A DNA stretch of 64,000 nt from Solirubrobacteraceae bacterium (GCA_034665005.1 JAXDGO010000048.1:38863-102862); one strand, 5' to 3'. Shown: positions 12,344 to 23,188, counted from the first letter of the stretch. Program-made: numbers and translations. The notes: a model not told the origin generated them from the letters alone.

Positions 12344-13144
12344 CTAGCGGAACAGATCCTCCTCGAGCGGCCGCATCAGCGCCGCGGCCCCGGGGCCGTC
12401 CGCTTCGGTCACGAAGCGCTCGAGGCCATCGATCAGCACGACCGGCTCGCGCGAGTCCTTCGTGCGAGCGAGATCGGCGGCCGCCGCCGCGGCGTCGGCC
12501 ACTGCCAGCCAGGTTGCCCTCAGCTCCAGGCCGTCCGCATCGGTCCGTCCACGCCAGTCGTCGAGCGGCTGCATGCCCGCCAGCCCGATGGCCACATCGC
12601 ACTGACCGTGACGCCAGGCGCGCCCGAAGCTGTCGCTGATCAGGACCGCGGCGGTGCCCGTCTCGGTGCGGCCGGCCGCTCGCCGGCCGCCCAGCTCGCG
12701 CAGGCGCGCGCGGATGCGTCGCGCCGAGGCGTCCGGGTCGCGCGGGAGCAGGATCACGGTGCCCGGCGAGGCGGCGTTGGAGACGTCGACGCCGGCGTTC
12801 GCGCACACGAGGCCGTGGCGCGTGCGGCAGATCAGCACGCCGCGCTCGGCGCGCAGCACCTCGCTGGACTCCTCGAGCACGACCTGCACGACGCGCGGAT
12901 CCCTGTCCTCGCCGGCGCCCGCGGCGAGCTCGGCGGCAAGCTCGCGGGCGCGCTCGCCCGGCGTCACGTCGTCCAGCGCGACGACCGCCGCCTCGGCCTT
13001 GGAGACGGCCGTGTGCGCGATCGCGACGACCTGCCGTTCGCTCGGCAGGCGGCCGTCCAGCGCGGCGACGATCAGCGCCGCGAGGTCATCGCCGGCGCGC
13101 ACCTCGGGGATGCCGCTGAGGCCGCATGCGGAGAGGCTCGCCAC
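12344..13144 (-). CDS. cofE: coenzyme F420-0:L-glutamate ligase (no nitroreductase domain)
   Basis: PEVRAGDDLA, VSKAE, CANAGVDVSN, SDSFGRAWR and DLFR motifs. Confidence 0.93.
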   Translation of the reverse strand: MASLSACGLSGIPEVRAGDDLAALIVAALDGRLPSERQVVAIAHTAVSKAEAAVVALDDVTPGERARELAAELAAGAGEDRDPRVVQVVLEESSEVLRAERGVLICRTRHGLVCANAGVDVSNAASPGTVILLPRDPDASARRIRARLRELGGRRAAGRTETGTAAVLISDSFGRAWRHGQCDVAIGLAGMQPLDDWRGRTDADGLELRATWLAVADAAAAAADLARTKDSREPVVLIDGLERFVTEADGPGAAALMRPLEEDLFR

Positions 13145-13157
13145 GACGGGCTCGGGG

Positions 13158-13859
13158 TCAGGCGGAGGTCGTGATCGGGAGGACGTCCGTGCGTTCGGGC
13201 TGGCCGAGCACCGCGCGCGTGTGGGAGGCGCGCGCGCCGTGCCCCGAGAGCCGCTCCCGTAGCGCGGCGAGGTCGGCGCCGGTGTCGACGTCGAGCAGCA
13301 GCGACGGCAGCTGCTGCACGCGGCAGGAGATGCCGGCGGCGAGCGCGAGCTCGCGGTGGCGCTCGCAGCTGCCGGGCCCGAAGGCGGGCGGTATCGCGTC
13401 GGGCGGAGCGAGCAGCAGCCCGTTGGTGCCGGTCCCGTGACGATCGGGCAGGATCACCACCTCGGGCTCGCCGCGCTCGCTCGCGCCTGACGGCGCCGCG
13501 CGCAGCAGCGCATCGAGCTCGCCTGCGTCCAGCGCAGGGCAGTCGCCGGGAACGCAGAGCACGCGCTCGAACCCCTCGGCGAGCGCTCGTCGCACGCCGA
13601 GCGTCACCGCGGCCGGCTGGCCGCTCTCGGCCTGATCGTCGATCGCGATCGCGCCCTGCTCGCGCGCCGCCGCGGCGACGGCGGGCTCACGGGTCACGAC
13701 GATCGTGCGCTCGATCGACTCCGCCTCGGCCAGCGCTCGCAGCACGTCGGCGACCATCGCACGGGCGAGCGCCGTCCGCAGGGCATCGTCGACGCTTGCG
13801 CCGAGACGCTGCTTGGCGCGGTCGAAGCGCTTGACGGGGAGCACCGCGGCTGTCCTCAT
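13158..13859 (-). CDS. cofC: phosphoenolpyruvate/2-phospholactate guanylyltransferase
   Basis: VLPVKRFDRAKQRL, GTGTNGLL and LDVDTGADL motifs. Confidence 0.92.
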   Translation of the reverse strand: MRTAAVLPVKRFDRAKQRLGASVDDALRTALARAMVADVLRALAEAESIERTIVVTREPAVAAAAREQGAIAIDDQAESGQPAAVTLGVRRALAEGFERVLCVPGDCPALDAGELDALLRAAPSGASERGEPEVVILPDRHGTGTNGLLLAPPDAIPPAFGPGSCERHRELALAAGISCRVQQLPSLLLDVDTGADLAALRERLSGHGARASHTRAVLGQPERTDVLPITTSA

Positions 13860-13895
13860 TTCCAGAGCGTATCCAGCGAGGCTCCGGGCGCAGGG

Positions 13896-14816
13896 CTAGC
13901 TGCGCAGCCCGTCGGCGAACGACACCGTCTGCTCGGCGACGCGCGCCCTCGCGGCGGCGTCCGCCATGCGGATGTCCGTCTGGAAGCAGGCGAGCCTGCC
14001 GACGTTCTCGTCGGCGACGATCCCGTCGAGCAGCTCGCCATAGAAGTCCGCCACCCCGTCGGCGCTCAGATCGAGTGCCGCGAACGCCATGAACGACGCG
14101 GTCGGGCCCTTGAGCACCTCGCCTCCGACGATCGGGCTGACGGCCACGACGGGCGCGTCGGCGGCGAGCAGCGCCTCGTGGATGCCTGGCACGGCCAGGA
14201 TGGGGGCGATCGAGGCGAGCGGGTTGGAAGGGCCGATCACGATCGCGCGCGCCGAGCCGATCGCCTCGAGCACGTCGGCGCTCGGTGCCGCCTGCTCGGC
14301 CCCGCGGTACTCCAGCGCCTCGAGCATGCCGGCCGCCCGCTCACGGATCATGAACTCCTGAAAGCCGGACCAGCCGCGCTCGCCGGTGCGGACCCAGGTA
14401 CGCACCGGATGGTCGCTCATCGGCAGCACGCGCGAGCGGACGCCGATCGCCTCGTTGAGCCGCGCGAGCGCCGCCGTGGGGGAGATCCCCTCCGCGAGCA
14501 TCCTCGCGCGCTCCAGGCACCACGCGAGGTCGCGGTCGCCGAGGTTGAACCACACGTCGGACCCGAGCCCGCGCAGCGCGTCCATCACCTCGAACGTGTC
14601 GCCCCGAAGGCCCCAACCGCGCTCGTCGATCTGATCGGCGAGCCAGAAGGAGACGAGGTCGGGATCGGGCGAGACGTAGGCGCCGTAGATCTCGATGTCG
14701 TCGCCGGTGTTGACGACGACCGCGACCCGCTCGGCTCCCACGGCGTCGGCCATGCCCCTGGCGAGCTTCGCTCCGCCGGTGCCTCCGGCGAGCACGACGA
14801 CCTCTGTGGCGCTCAC
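13896..14816 (-). CDS. cofD: 2-phospho-L-lactate/PEP transferase (FbiA)
   Basis: LAGGTGGAKL, VNTGDD, WFNLGDRDLA and GPSNP motifs; GTG start overlaps the npdG stop. Confidence 0.93.
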   Translation of the reverse strand: MSATEVVVLAGGTGGAKLARGMADAVGAERVAVVVNTGDDIEIYGAYVSPDPDLVSFWLADQIDERGWGLRGDTFEVMDALRGLGSDVWFNLGDRDLAWCLERARMLAEGISPTAALARLNEAIGVRSRVLPMSDHPVRTWVRTGERGWSGFQEFMIRERAAGMLEALEYRGAEQAAPSADVLEAIGSARAIVIGPSNPLASIAPILAVPGIHEALLAADAPVVAVSPIVGGEVLKGPTASFMAFAALDLSADGVADFYGELLDGIVADENVGRLACFQTDIRMADAAARARVAEQTVSFADGLRS

Positions 14817-15508
14817 TCCCACAGCCGCTCGGGCAGGCTCGTGAGGCGGATGCCCGCGTGCGCCTTGTAGCGGGCGTTGACGGAGATCAGCATCGCGGTC
14901 AGCGACTCGGCTATGCGCGCCATCTCCAGGCGCCCGCAGTCCACGCAGCGCAGGCCGTCGATCAGCTCGATCAGGCCGGCTGCCTCGAGCTTGTCCGCGC
15001 GCGCGTCGCCGCACAGCAGCACGTCCTGCTCGAGCGGATGCTGCAGGTCGCTGAGCGATGCCGCGCTGACTGTGTGGAGCCCTGAGACGACGCGCACCCC
15101 GGCGGGCACCATCTCGGCGGCCTGCTGGGCAGCCGAGCCCTGCCACACGCCGAGCATCCTCGTCGCCTTGCCGCTGACAGCGGCGGCGAGCGGGACGGTC
15201 GCGTCGATCAGCAGCTGGCCGGGGAGCCACGCGGCCTTCAGGTTGGCGAGCGTCTCGGACTGGCTTCGAAACGGCACGCTGAGGATGACCGTCGACGCGG
15301 CGGCCACGGCGCCGGCGTTGTCGTGCGCCGAGAACACCCCCTCGGGCGCCACGAACGCCGCCCGCTCGACCGTTTCCTCGGCTCGCAGGCGCTCGCGCGA
15401 GCCGACCGCGATCGGCACGCCTGCGCGGGCGAGCCTGATCGCGAGACCGAAGCCGAGCGCGCCCGAGGCGCCGATGACAGCTACCGGATCGGGAGGCGAC
15501 GGGGGCAC
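14813..15508 (-). CDS. npdG: NADPH-dependent F420 reductase
   Basis: VIGASGALGFGLA, VGSR, DATVPL, GSAAQ and ESLTAMLISVNARYK motifs. Confidence 0.9.
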   Translation of the reverse strand: MPPSPPDPVAVIGASGALGFGLAIRLARAGVPIAVGSRERLRAEETVERAAFVAPEGVFSAHDNAGAVAAASTVILSVPFRSQSETLANLKAAWLPGQLLIDATVPLAAAVSGKATRMLGVWQGSAAQQAAEMVPAGVRVVSGLHTVSAASLSDLQHPLEQDVLLCGDARADKLEAAGLIELIDGLRCVDCGRLEMARIAESLTAMLISVNARYKAHAGIRLTSLPERLWE

Positions 15509-15533
15509 GGCGGCCGAGTATAGGCTCCCGCCG

Positions 15534-16283
15534 ATGACCCTCGACGGGAAGACCGCTCTCGTGACCGGCGGCGCCTCGGGGATCGGGGCCGCCACGGCTC
15601 GCAGGCTCGCGGCTGAGGGCGCGCGCGTGGCGATCGGCGATGTCAACGAGGACGGCGCGCGCGAGGTCGCAGGCGAGCTGGACGGCTTCGCGTGCCCGCT
15701 CGATGTGACGGACACGGCGTCCGTGCGGGCCGCGGTCGCTGCCACGGTCGCGGAGCTCGGCGAGATCGACGTGCTCGTCAACAACGCCGGCACCGACCGG
15801 TTCTCCTTCTTCGTGAACTCCGACGAGGAGCTGTGGGACTTCGTGCTCGGCGTCAACCTGCGCGGCGTGCTGGCGGTCACCCACGCGGTGCTTCCGACCA
15901 TGCAGCAGCGCCGCAGCGGCTCGATCGTCAATGTCGCCAGCGAGGCCGGCCGCGTCGGGTCGCAGGGCTCGGCCGTGTACTCGGCGGCGAAGGCGGGCGT
16001 GATCGGCTTCACCAAGGCGATCGCGCGTGAAGCGGCCCGCTATCGCGTGCGCTGCAACGCGGTGGCGCCGGGGCCGATCGAGACGCCGCTGCTCAACGCG
16101 GCGCCGCTCGTGCTCGGCGAGGTCGGCGAGCGGCTCAAGCAGGCGATGGTCAACGCCACGGCTCTCGGCCGCGCCGGGGAGCCCGAGGAGGTCGCCGCCG
16201 CGATCGCGTTCCTCGCGGGCGAGGACGCCTCCTACGTCACCGGCCAGACCCTGAACGTAAGCGGCGGCCTGTCGATGTGGTGA
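15534..16283 (+). CDS. short-chain dehydrogenase/reductase
   Basis: TGGASGIG, NNAG and YSAAK motifs. Confidence 0.9.
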   Translation: MTLDGKTALVTGGASGIGAATARRLAAEGARVAIGDVNEDGAREVAGELDGFACPLDVTDTASVRAAVAATVAELGEIDVLVNNAGTDRFSFFVNSDEELWDFVLGVNLRGVLAVTHAVLPTMQQRRSGSIVNVASEAGRVGSQGSAVYSAAKAGVIGFTKAIAREAARYRVRCNAVAPGPIETPLLNAAPLVLGEVGERLKQAMVNATALGRAGEPEEVAAAIAFLAGEDASYVTGQTLNVSGGLSMW

Positions 16284-17212
16284 GCGCTTCCGTGTCCGAT
16301 CAGCCGAGCGCCGTCAGCATCAGGGAGGTCGGCCCGCGCGACGGCTTTCAGAACGAGCCGGAGGTGATCTCGACCGAGCACAAGGTCGAGCTGATCGACG
16401 CGCTCGCGCGCACGGGCCTGCGGCGGCTGGAGGTGACGAGCTTCGTGCGCGCGGACGTTATCCCGCAGCTCGCCGACGCGGCCGAGGTCCTGGCCCGCAT
16501 CGACGTGCCGGAGGAGGTCAGCGTGTCGGTGCTGATCCCGAACGAGCGGGGACTCGACGCCGCGCTGCAGCAGCGCGACTCATTCGACGAGGTGAACGTC
16601 TTCCTGTCGGCCTCCGAGACGCACAACCGCAAGAACGTCAACCGGTCTGTCGCCGAGTCGCTCGCGGGACTGCAGGTGGTGCTCGCCCGCGCGCGCGAGG
16701 CGGGACTGCGCTGCGAGGGCGTTATCTCGACGTCCTTCGGCTGCCCCTACGAGGGTCAGGTGCCGCCCGAGCGGGTGCTTGAGATCGCGGCGAGCCTGCG
16801 CGACGCGGGCGCGCAGGAGATCGGCTTCGGCGACACGACGGGGATGGCCAACCCGCGCCAGGTTCGCGAGTTCTTCAGGACGGCCCGGGGATCCCTCGGG
16901 GCAGGCACGCAGCTTACGGCGCACTTCCACAACACGCGCGGACAGGGCCTGGCGAACGTGCTCGCGGCGCTCGACGAGGGGGTGGACAGCTTCGAGTCGA
17001 GCTTCGGCGAGCTCGGCGGCTGCCCGGTACCGGCGGGGGCGACCGGCAACATCGCAACCGAGGACCTGGTCTCGATGCTTCACGAGATGGGCATCGAGAC
17101 GGGCATCGACCTGCCGGCGCTGCTCGCCTGCGCGCGACGCGTGCGGGAGCTCCTGGGACGCCCGCTCGGCAGCCATACGCTCGTGGCGGGGCCGGTGCAG
17201 TGGCGGCCCTAG
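16277..17212 (+). CDS. hydroxymethylglutaryl-CoA lyase
   Basis: EVGPRDGFQNE, HFHNTRG, GGCP and GNIATEDL motifs. Confidence 0.92.
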   Translation: MVSASVSDQPSAVSIREVGPRDGFQNEPEVISTEHKVELIDALARTGLRRLEVTSFVRADVIPQLADAAEVLARIDVPEEVSVSVLIPNERGLDAALQQRDSFDEVNVFLSASETHNRKNVNRSVAESLAGLQVVLARAREAGLRCEGVISTSFGCPYEGQVPPERVLEIAASLRDAGAQEIGFGDTTGMANPRQVREFFRTARGSLGAGTQLTAHFHNTRGQGLANVLAALDEGVDSFESSFGELGGCPVPAGATGNIATEDLVSMLHEMGIETGIDLPALLACARRVRELLGRPLGSHTLVAGPVQWRP

Positions 17213-17976
17213 CCGGCTAGCGCCGTCTGGGACTCGCTCTCCCGGCGCGCGCGCTCGCGCGCCTCGGCCACGCAGTACTCCTGCACGGCGACCTCCATCT
17301 CGAGCGTCTGCGCGAGCGCCGGCCGGGCGGACGCGTCGATCACGCGCTTGGCACGTCCGACGGCGATCGGCGAGTTCGCGAGGAGCTCGTCCACGAGCGC
17401 CTGGGTCGCGCCCTCGAGCTCCTCGGGAGCGGCGACGCGGTTCACGAGGCCGATCCGCTCGGCCTCGGCGGCGTCGATCAGGCGGGCGGTCATGATCAGC
17501 TCCTTGGCGCGGCCGAGCCCGACGACGGCCGGCAGGCGCGTGGACCCGCCGACGTCCGGGATGATCCCGAACTTGACCTCCGGGAGGCCGAGCTGGGAGT
17601 CGCTCGAGGCGACCCGCAGGTCGCACCCGAGCGCGACCTCGAGCGCGCCGCCGACGCAGGTGCGGTGAATCTGGCAGACGACCGGCTTTGGCATCGTTTC
17701 GCAGAGGTTCGCGCACTCCAGGAAGACGTTGCGGAACGGGCGCAGCATGCCGGGCTCGCCGGTCGAGGACATCAGCTCGACGAGGTCGACGCCGGCCGAG
17801 AAGACCGGCCCTTCGCCGCGCAGGACGACGCAGTCCACGGCCTGATCTGCGGCGGCGGCGCGCAGGACGTCTCCGAGCTCGAGCAGCAGCTCCTGGTTCA
17901 TCGCGTTGCGCTTCTCAGGTCGATTCAGCACGACGTGCCTGACCGGCCCACGATCCTCGGTGACGACCATGCTCAT
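17209..17976 (-). CDS. enoyl-CoA hydratase/isomerase family protein
   Basis: LNRPEKRNAM, FSAGVDL, GGALE and LPEV motifs. Confidence 0.9.
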   Translation of the reverse strand: MSMVVTEDRGPVRHVVLNRPEKRNAMNQELLLELGDVLRAAAADQAVDCVVLRGEGPVFSAGVDLVELMSSTGEPGMLRPFRNVFLECANLCETMPKPVVCQIHRTCVGGALEVALGCDLRVASSDSQLGLPEVKFGIIPDVGGSTRLPAVVGLGRAKELIMTARLIDAAEAERIGLVNRVAAPEELEGATQALVDELLANSPIAVGRAKRVIDASARPALAQTLEMEVAVQEYCVAEARERARRESESQTALAG

Positions 17977-18132
17977 CGGGCGGCTCCTGACGGTGGGAGG
18001 GCGGATCGGCGGATGCCGAGAGACATGCTCACCTGAGCCTACAGCCGCCGCGTCGCGGGCGGACGGCTCGGGCTCGTAATAGGCTGCCGTTCTCGCACCC
18101 GTCCCCGACAAGAGAATTCGAGCGGAGGTCTC

Positions 18133-19020
<888 letters not shown>

Positions 19021-19069
19021 CGGCAGGTGCGCTCGCGCCCCGCTCGTGGCAGCCAGCTACATTCCGCAG

Positions 19070-19162
19070 ATGAGCGATGACGCAGGTATCCGCGCATCCG
19101 ACGCCGACCGCGAGCTCGCCGCAGAGAGCCTGCGCGAGCACTGTGGGCGGGAGCTGAGGTGA
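19070..19162 (+). pseudogene. truncated DUF1707-like mini-ORF (30 aa)
   Basis: MSDDAGIRASDADRELAAESLREHCGRELR*; RASDADRE resembles the DUF1707 N-terminal motif; not in the ORF track. Confidence 0.55.
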
Positions 19163-20715
19163 GCGGCGGCGAGTCCGAGGTCGTCGCCGTGCCGCTAGCA
19201 GAGGCCAGCGGGCGCGCCCTGGAAGGCGGCCCCGAGCGCCATCGCGAGAAGGCGCGCGAGCAGGGGAAGCTGCCCGTCCGGGAGCGCGTCGCACGGCTGC
19301 TCGACGATGGCTCGTTCGCGGAGGAGGCGCTGCTCGCGAACTGGCAGGAGGATGGTCTCGGCGCCGACGGCGTGGTCACAGGCGTGGGCGACGTGGACGG
19401 GCGTCCGGTGGCCCTGATGGCGAACGACCCGACGGTGAAGGCCGGCTCGTGGGGGCCGAAGACAGTCGAGAAGATCCTGCGCATCCAGGAGCGAGCGCTC
19501 TCGCTCGAGATACCCATGATCTACCTCGTGGACTCGGCGGGGGCGCGCATCACCGAGCAGGTGCAGATGTTCCCCGGCAGGCGCGGCGCCGGAAGGATCT
19601 TCCACAACCAGGTCAAGCTCTCGGGCGTCGTGCCGCAGGTCTGCGTGCTGTTCGGCCCGAGCGCCGCCGGTGGCGCATACATACCGGCGTTCTGCGACGT
19701 CGTGATCATGCGCGAGGGAAACGCGTCGATGTACCTCGGCTCGCCGCGGATGGCCGAGATGGTGATCGGCGAGCGCGTCAGCCTCGAGGAGATGGGCGGC
19801 GCGCGGATGCACACGGGCGTCTCCGGTTGCGGGCACCAGCTCGTCAAGAGCGACGAGGAGGGCATCGCCGCGGCGCGGCGCCACCTCTCCTACCTGCCGG
19901 GCAGCTGGCGGCAGGAGCCCCCGCTGACGCCGCCTGCGCCGCCGCGCGCGCTGCCCGACGGCGAGACGATCGCGGGGCTGATCCCGGCCGACGAGAACAA
20001 GCCGTTCGACATGCGGAAGATGGTCGAGGCGCTAGTGGACGAGGACTCGCTGCACGAGATACACGCGCGCTGGGCGAAGGAGCTGATCGTCGGCTACGCG
20101 CGCCTTGACGGCAGGGCGATCGGGATCGTCGCCAACCAGCCGAAGCACAAGGGCGGCGTGCTGTTCAGCGACTCGGCGGACAAGGCGGCGCGCTTCATCT
20201 GGACGTGCAACGCGTTCAACGTGCCGCTGCTGTTCCTCGCTGACGTGCCGGGCTTCATGATCGGCACGCAGGTCGAGCGCGAGGGGATCATCCGCCACGG
20301 AGCGAAGATGATCAGCGCCGTGAGCGAGGCGACGGTGCCGAAGATCTCGGTGATCGTGCGCAAGGCATATGGCGCGGGGCTGTACGCGATGGCCGGGCCG
20401 GCGTTCGACCCCGACTGCTGCATCGCCCTGCCGAGCGCGTCGATCGCTGTGATGGGCCCGCAGGCGGCGATCAACGCTGTCTACTACAACCAGCTGCAGG
20501 CGATCGACGACGAGCAGGACCGTGCTCGCAGGACGGAGGAGCTGCGCCGCGAGTATGCGGAGGACATCGACATCATGCACCTCGCGTCCGAGCTCGTGAT
20601 CGACGCGGTGGTCGAGGCCGACGCGCTGCGCGCAGAGCTGATCCGCCGCTTCCGCCACGCGACCGGCAAGCGCCGCGAGTGGCCCGCCAAGCACAACCCC
20701 GTGACCCCGGTCTAG
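19159..20715 (+). CDS. acyl-CoA carboxylase carboxyltransferase (beta) subunit
   Basis: LVDSAGARI, AAGGAY, DVPGFMIG and RKAYGAG motifs. Confidence 0.93.
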   Translation: MSGGESEVVAVPLAEASGRALEGGPERHREKAREQGKLPVRERVARLLDDGSFAEEALLANWQEDGLGADGVVTGVGDVDGRPVALMANDPTVKAGSWGPKTVEKILRIQERALSLEIPMIYLVDSAGARITEQVQMFPGRRGAGRIFHNQVKLSGVVPQVCVLFGPSAAGGAYIPAFCDVVIMREGNASMYLGSPRMAEMVIGERVSLEEMGGARMHTGVSGCGHQLVKSDEEGIAAARRHLSYLPGSWRQEPPLTPPAPPRALPDGETIAGLIPADENKPFDMRKMVEALVDEDSLHEIHARWAKELIVGYARLDGRAIGIVANQPKHKGGVLFSDSADKAARFIWTCNAFNVPLLFLADVPGFMIGTQVEREGIIRHGAKMISAVSEATVPKISVIVRKAYGAGLYAMAGPAFDPDCCIALPSASIAVMGPQAAINAVYYNQLQAIDDEQDRARRTEELRREYAEDIDIMHLASELVIDAVVEADALRAELIRRFRHATGKRREWPAKHNPVTPV

Positions 20716-20719
20716 CGCG

Positions 20720-22135
20720 ATGGACGCGACTGATCTCGCCTACGCCGGAATCGCCCGCCAGGCGGAGCTGATCGCCGCCGGGGAAGTCTCCTCGCGCGAG
20801 CTCGTCGAGCTGTGCCTCGAGCGCATCGCCCGGCTCGACGGAGAGCTGAACGCGTTTCGCGTGGTGTTCGCCGAGCGCGCGCTGCTGGAAGCCGACCAGG
20901 CCGACGCCAGGCGCGGGGCCGGAGGCGGACGGCCGCTTCTGGGCGTGCCGATCGCGGTCAAGGACGACATCGACGTGGCGGGCGAGGTGACCGCCTATGG
21001 GACCAACGCCGTCGACGGGCCGGCGGCGGCCGACGCCGAGGTGGTCCGCCGGCTGCGCGAGGGCGGGGCGCTGATCATCGGCAAGACGAACGTCCCCGAG
21101 CTCACGCAGTGGCCGTTCACCGAGACGGCAACGTTCGGAGCCACGCGCAACCCTTGGGATCTCCAGCGCGCGCCGGGAGGATCCAGCGGCGGCAGCGGGG
21201 CGGCGGTCGCCGCCGGTCTTGTGGGAGCTGCGCTCGGCTCCGATGGCGCAGGGTCGATCCGGATCCCGGCGGCCTGGTGCGGGCTGTTCGGGCTCAAGCC
21301 CCAGCGCGGGCGGGTCTCGCTGGCGCCTCGCCCGCGAGCGTGGCACGGCCTCTCCGTCAACGGCGTGCTGACGCGATCGGTTGCGGACACGGCGCTGTTC
21401 CACGACGTGGCATCAGGCGCCATCGACGTCGACGTGGACCGCGCGCCCGCGCCCTCGGTGCCCTTCTCACAGGCCGCGGCGTCGGCGCCGGGAGCGCTTC
21501 GGATCGCCTACTCGACGCGCTTTCCCCCGGGGGTCATCGCGCGTCTCGACGGCGATGCGGGGCGCGCGCTCGGAGAGACGGTCGAGCTGCTGCGGTCTCT
21601 TGGCCACGACGTCGAGGAGCGCGATCCAGACTACGGCGCGGCCGCGATGGGCGCGGTCACCGTGCGCTATCTGCGCGGCATCCACGACGACGCTCGCGCG
21701 ATCGCGCACCCGGAGCGCCTGGAACGTCGCACGCGCGGGATGGCGCGCCTCGGCGGCATGATCCCGCCGGCCCTGCTCGAGCGCGCGCTCGCGGGCGAGG
21801 AGCAGTTCGCGCGGCGCCTCGGCGGGGTGCTCGAGGACCATGACCTGCTGCTCACTCCGGCGACAGCCTCGCCACCGCCGCGCATCGGCCAACTGGAGGG
21901 CCGCGGCGCTCTGTGGACGCTCAACGCCGTGGCCGGCATGGTCCCCTACAACGGCGTGTGGAACGTCACGGGCCAGCCCGCGGCCTCGGTCCCCGCCGGC
22001 TTCGGGGCCGACGGGCTGCCGCGGGCGGTCCAGATCGTGGCGCGCCCGAACGACGAGCAGACGCTGCTATCGCTGGCCGCGCAGATCGAGGCGGAGCGCC
22101 CGTGGGCGCAGCAGCGCCCGCCCGGATTCTCGTGA
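20720..22135 (+). CDS. amidase signature family protein
   Basis: GVPIAVKD, GGSSGGS and GSDGAGSIRIPA motifs. Confidence 0.93.
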   Translation: MDATDLAYAGIARQAELIAAGEVSSRELVELCLERIARLDGELNAFRVVFAERALLEADQADARRGAGGGRPLLGVPIAVKDDIDVAGEVTAYGTNAVDGPAAADAEVVRRLREGGALIIGKTNVPELTQWPFTETATFGATRNPWDLQRAPGGSSGGSGAAVAAGLVGAALGSDGAGSIRIPAAWCGLFGLKPQRGRVSLAPRPRAWHGLSVNGVLTRSVADTALFHDVASGAIDVDVDRAPAPSVPFSQAAASAPGALRIAYSTRFPPGVIARLDGDAGRALGETVELLRSLGHDVEERDPDYGAAAMGAVTVRYLRGIHDDARAIAHPERLERRTRGMARLGGMIPPALLERALAGEEQFARRLGGVLEDHDLLLTPATASPPPRIGQLEGRGALWTLNAVAGMVPYNGVWNVTGQPAASVPAGFGADGLPRAVQIVARPNDEQTLLSLAAQIEAERPWAQQRPPGFS

Positions 22136-23019
22136 GCGACGCAGGGCGCAGCGCAAGCGGCGCAGGGCACGGCGCGAGCGACGCGGGCACGCTGCTTGGG
22201 GTGGCGGTCGACGCGGCCCGCATGGCTGGCGCGCTGCTCGCCGATCGTGTCCGCGAGGGCGTCGAGCGGGAGGTGACGAGCAAGAGCACGCCGACCGACC
22301 TCGTGAGCGAGGCCGACATCGCGTCCGAGCGCGCGATCCGCGAGCTCCTGTCCGAGCGCCGCCCCGACGACGGCTTCCTGGGAGAGGAGGGCGGCGGCGA
22401 TCAGGCGGGCGCCAGCGGCCTCGTGTGGGTCGTCGACCCGCTGGACGGGACGGTCAACTTCCTGTTCGGGATACCGCAGTGGTGCGTGAGCGTGGCGGTC
22501 CGCGACGGCGAGGGCACGCTCGCCGGCGCGGTCTACGATCCCAACCGCGACGAGCTCTTCACGGCGACACGCGACGGGCGCGCGAGGCTCGTCGGACCGA
22601 TGGGCACGGTCGAGCTGGGGGGGACGCGCCGCGGCGATCCGGCCGGTATGGCCGCCGGAGGCGCCGTGCGCCCCGACGAGGAGGAGCTCGCGACGGCGAT
22701 GGTCGCGACGGGCCTGGCATACGACGCCGGCGTGCGTGCCGCCCAGGCGAAGGTGCTGGCGCGGCTCGTCCCGCGCGTGCGGGACATCCGTCGCTTCGGC
22801 AGCGCCGCGCTCGACCTGACGTGGACCGCGGCGGGTCGCTACGACGCCTACTTCGAGCGGACTGTCAAGCCGTGGGACATCGCCGCAGGAGCGCTCATCT
22901 GCGAACGGGCCGGGCTGCACGTGCGTGAGCTCCCGGTGCACGAGAGCCTCCCGTGGGGGATCCTCGTCGCGCGCCCGGAGCTGGCCGATCGCCTGCTGGA
23001 TCTCGTGGGCGGCCCCTAG
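22132..23019 (+). CDS. inositol monophosphatase family protein
   Basis: GEEG, WVVDPLDGTVNF, RRFGSAALD and WDIAAG motifs; GTG 22132 overlaps the amidase stop. Confidence 0.92.
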   Translation: MSDAGRSASGAGHGASDAGTLLGVAVDAARMAGALLADRVREGVEREVTSKSTPTDLVSEADIASERAIRELLSERRPDDGFLGEEGGGDQAGASGLVWVVDPLDGTVNFLFGIPQWCVSVAVRDGEGTLAGAVYDPNRDELFTATRDGRARLVGPMGTVELGGTRRGDPAGMAAGGAVRPDEEELATAMVATGLAYDAGVRAAQAKVLARLVPRVRDIRRFGSAALDLTWTAAGRYDAYFERTVKPWDIAAGALICERAGLHVRELPVHESLPWGILVARPELADRLLDLVGGP

Positions 23020-23028
23020 CACCGGGGA

Positions 23029-23111
23029 TGCGGCGGGTGGGAGTCGAACCCACACACCCTTTCGGGCAAGGCCTTTTGAGGGCCCCGCGTCTACCATTCC
23101 GCCACCGCCGC
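23029..23111 (-). tRNA. tRNA-Leu (CAA)
   Basis: GCGGCGG...GGTAGAC...CTCAAAA anticodon loop, long variable arm, GGTTCGACTCC; CCA not encoded. Confidence 0.93.
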
Positions 23112-23188
23112 ATGCGGCAGCCCAGTGTATGCGAGGGCACCGGCGGCCAGGAGGGCATCGCGCGCCAGCGGGAGGTCCCGGCGCGTGC

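Noticed and set aside
14877-16015. Apparent fusions of npdG, cofD and the SDR suggested by ORFs 13896..15884, 14813..16015 and 14877..16283
   Set aside because: The extensions are antisense or off-frame read-through of neighbouring genes; internal starts at 14816, 15508 and 15534 explain the motifs.
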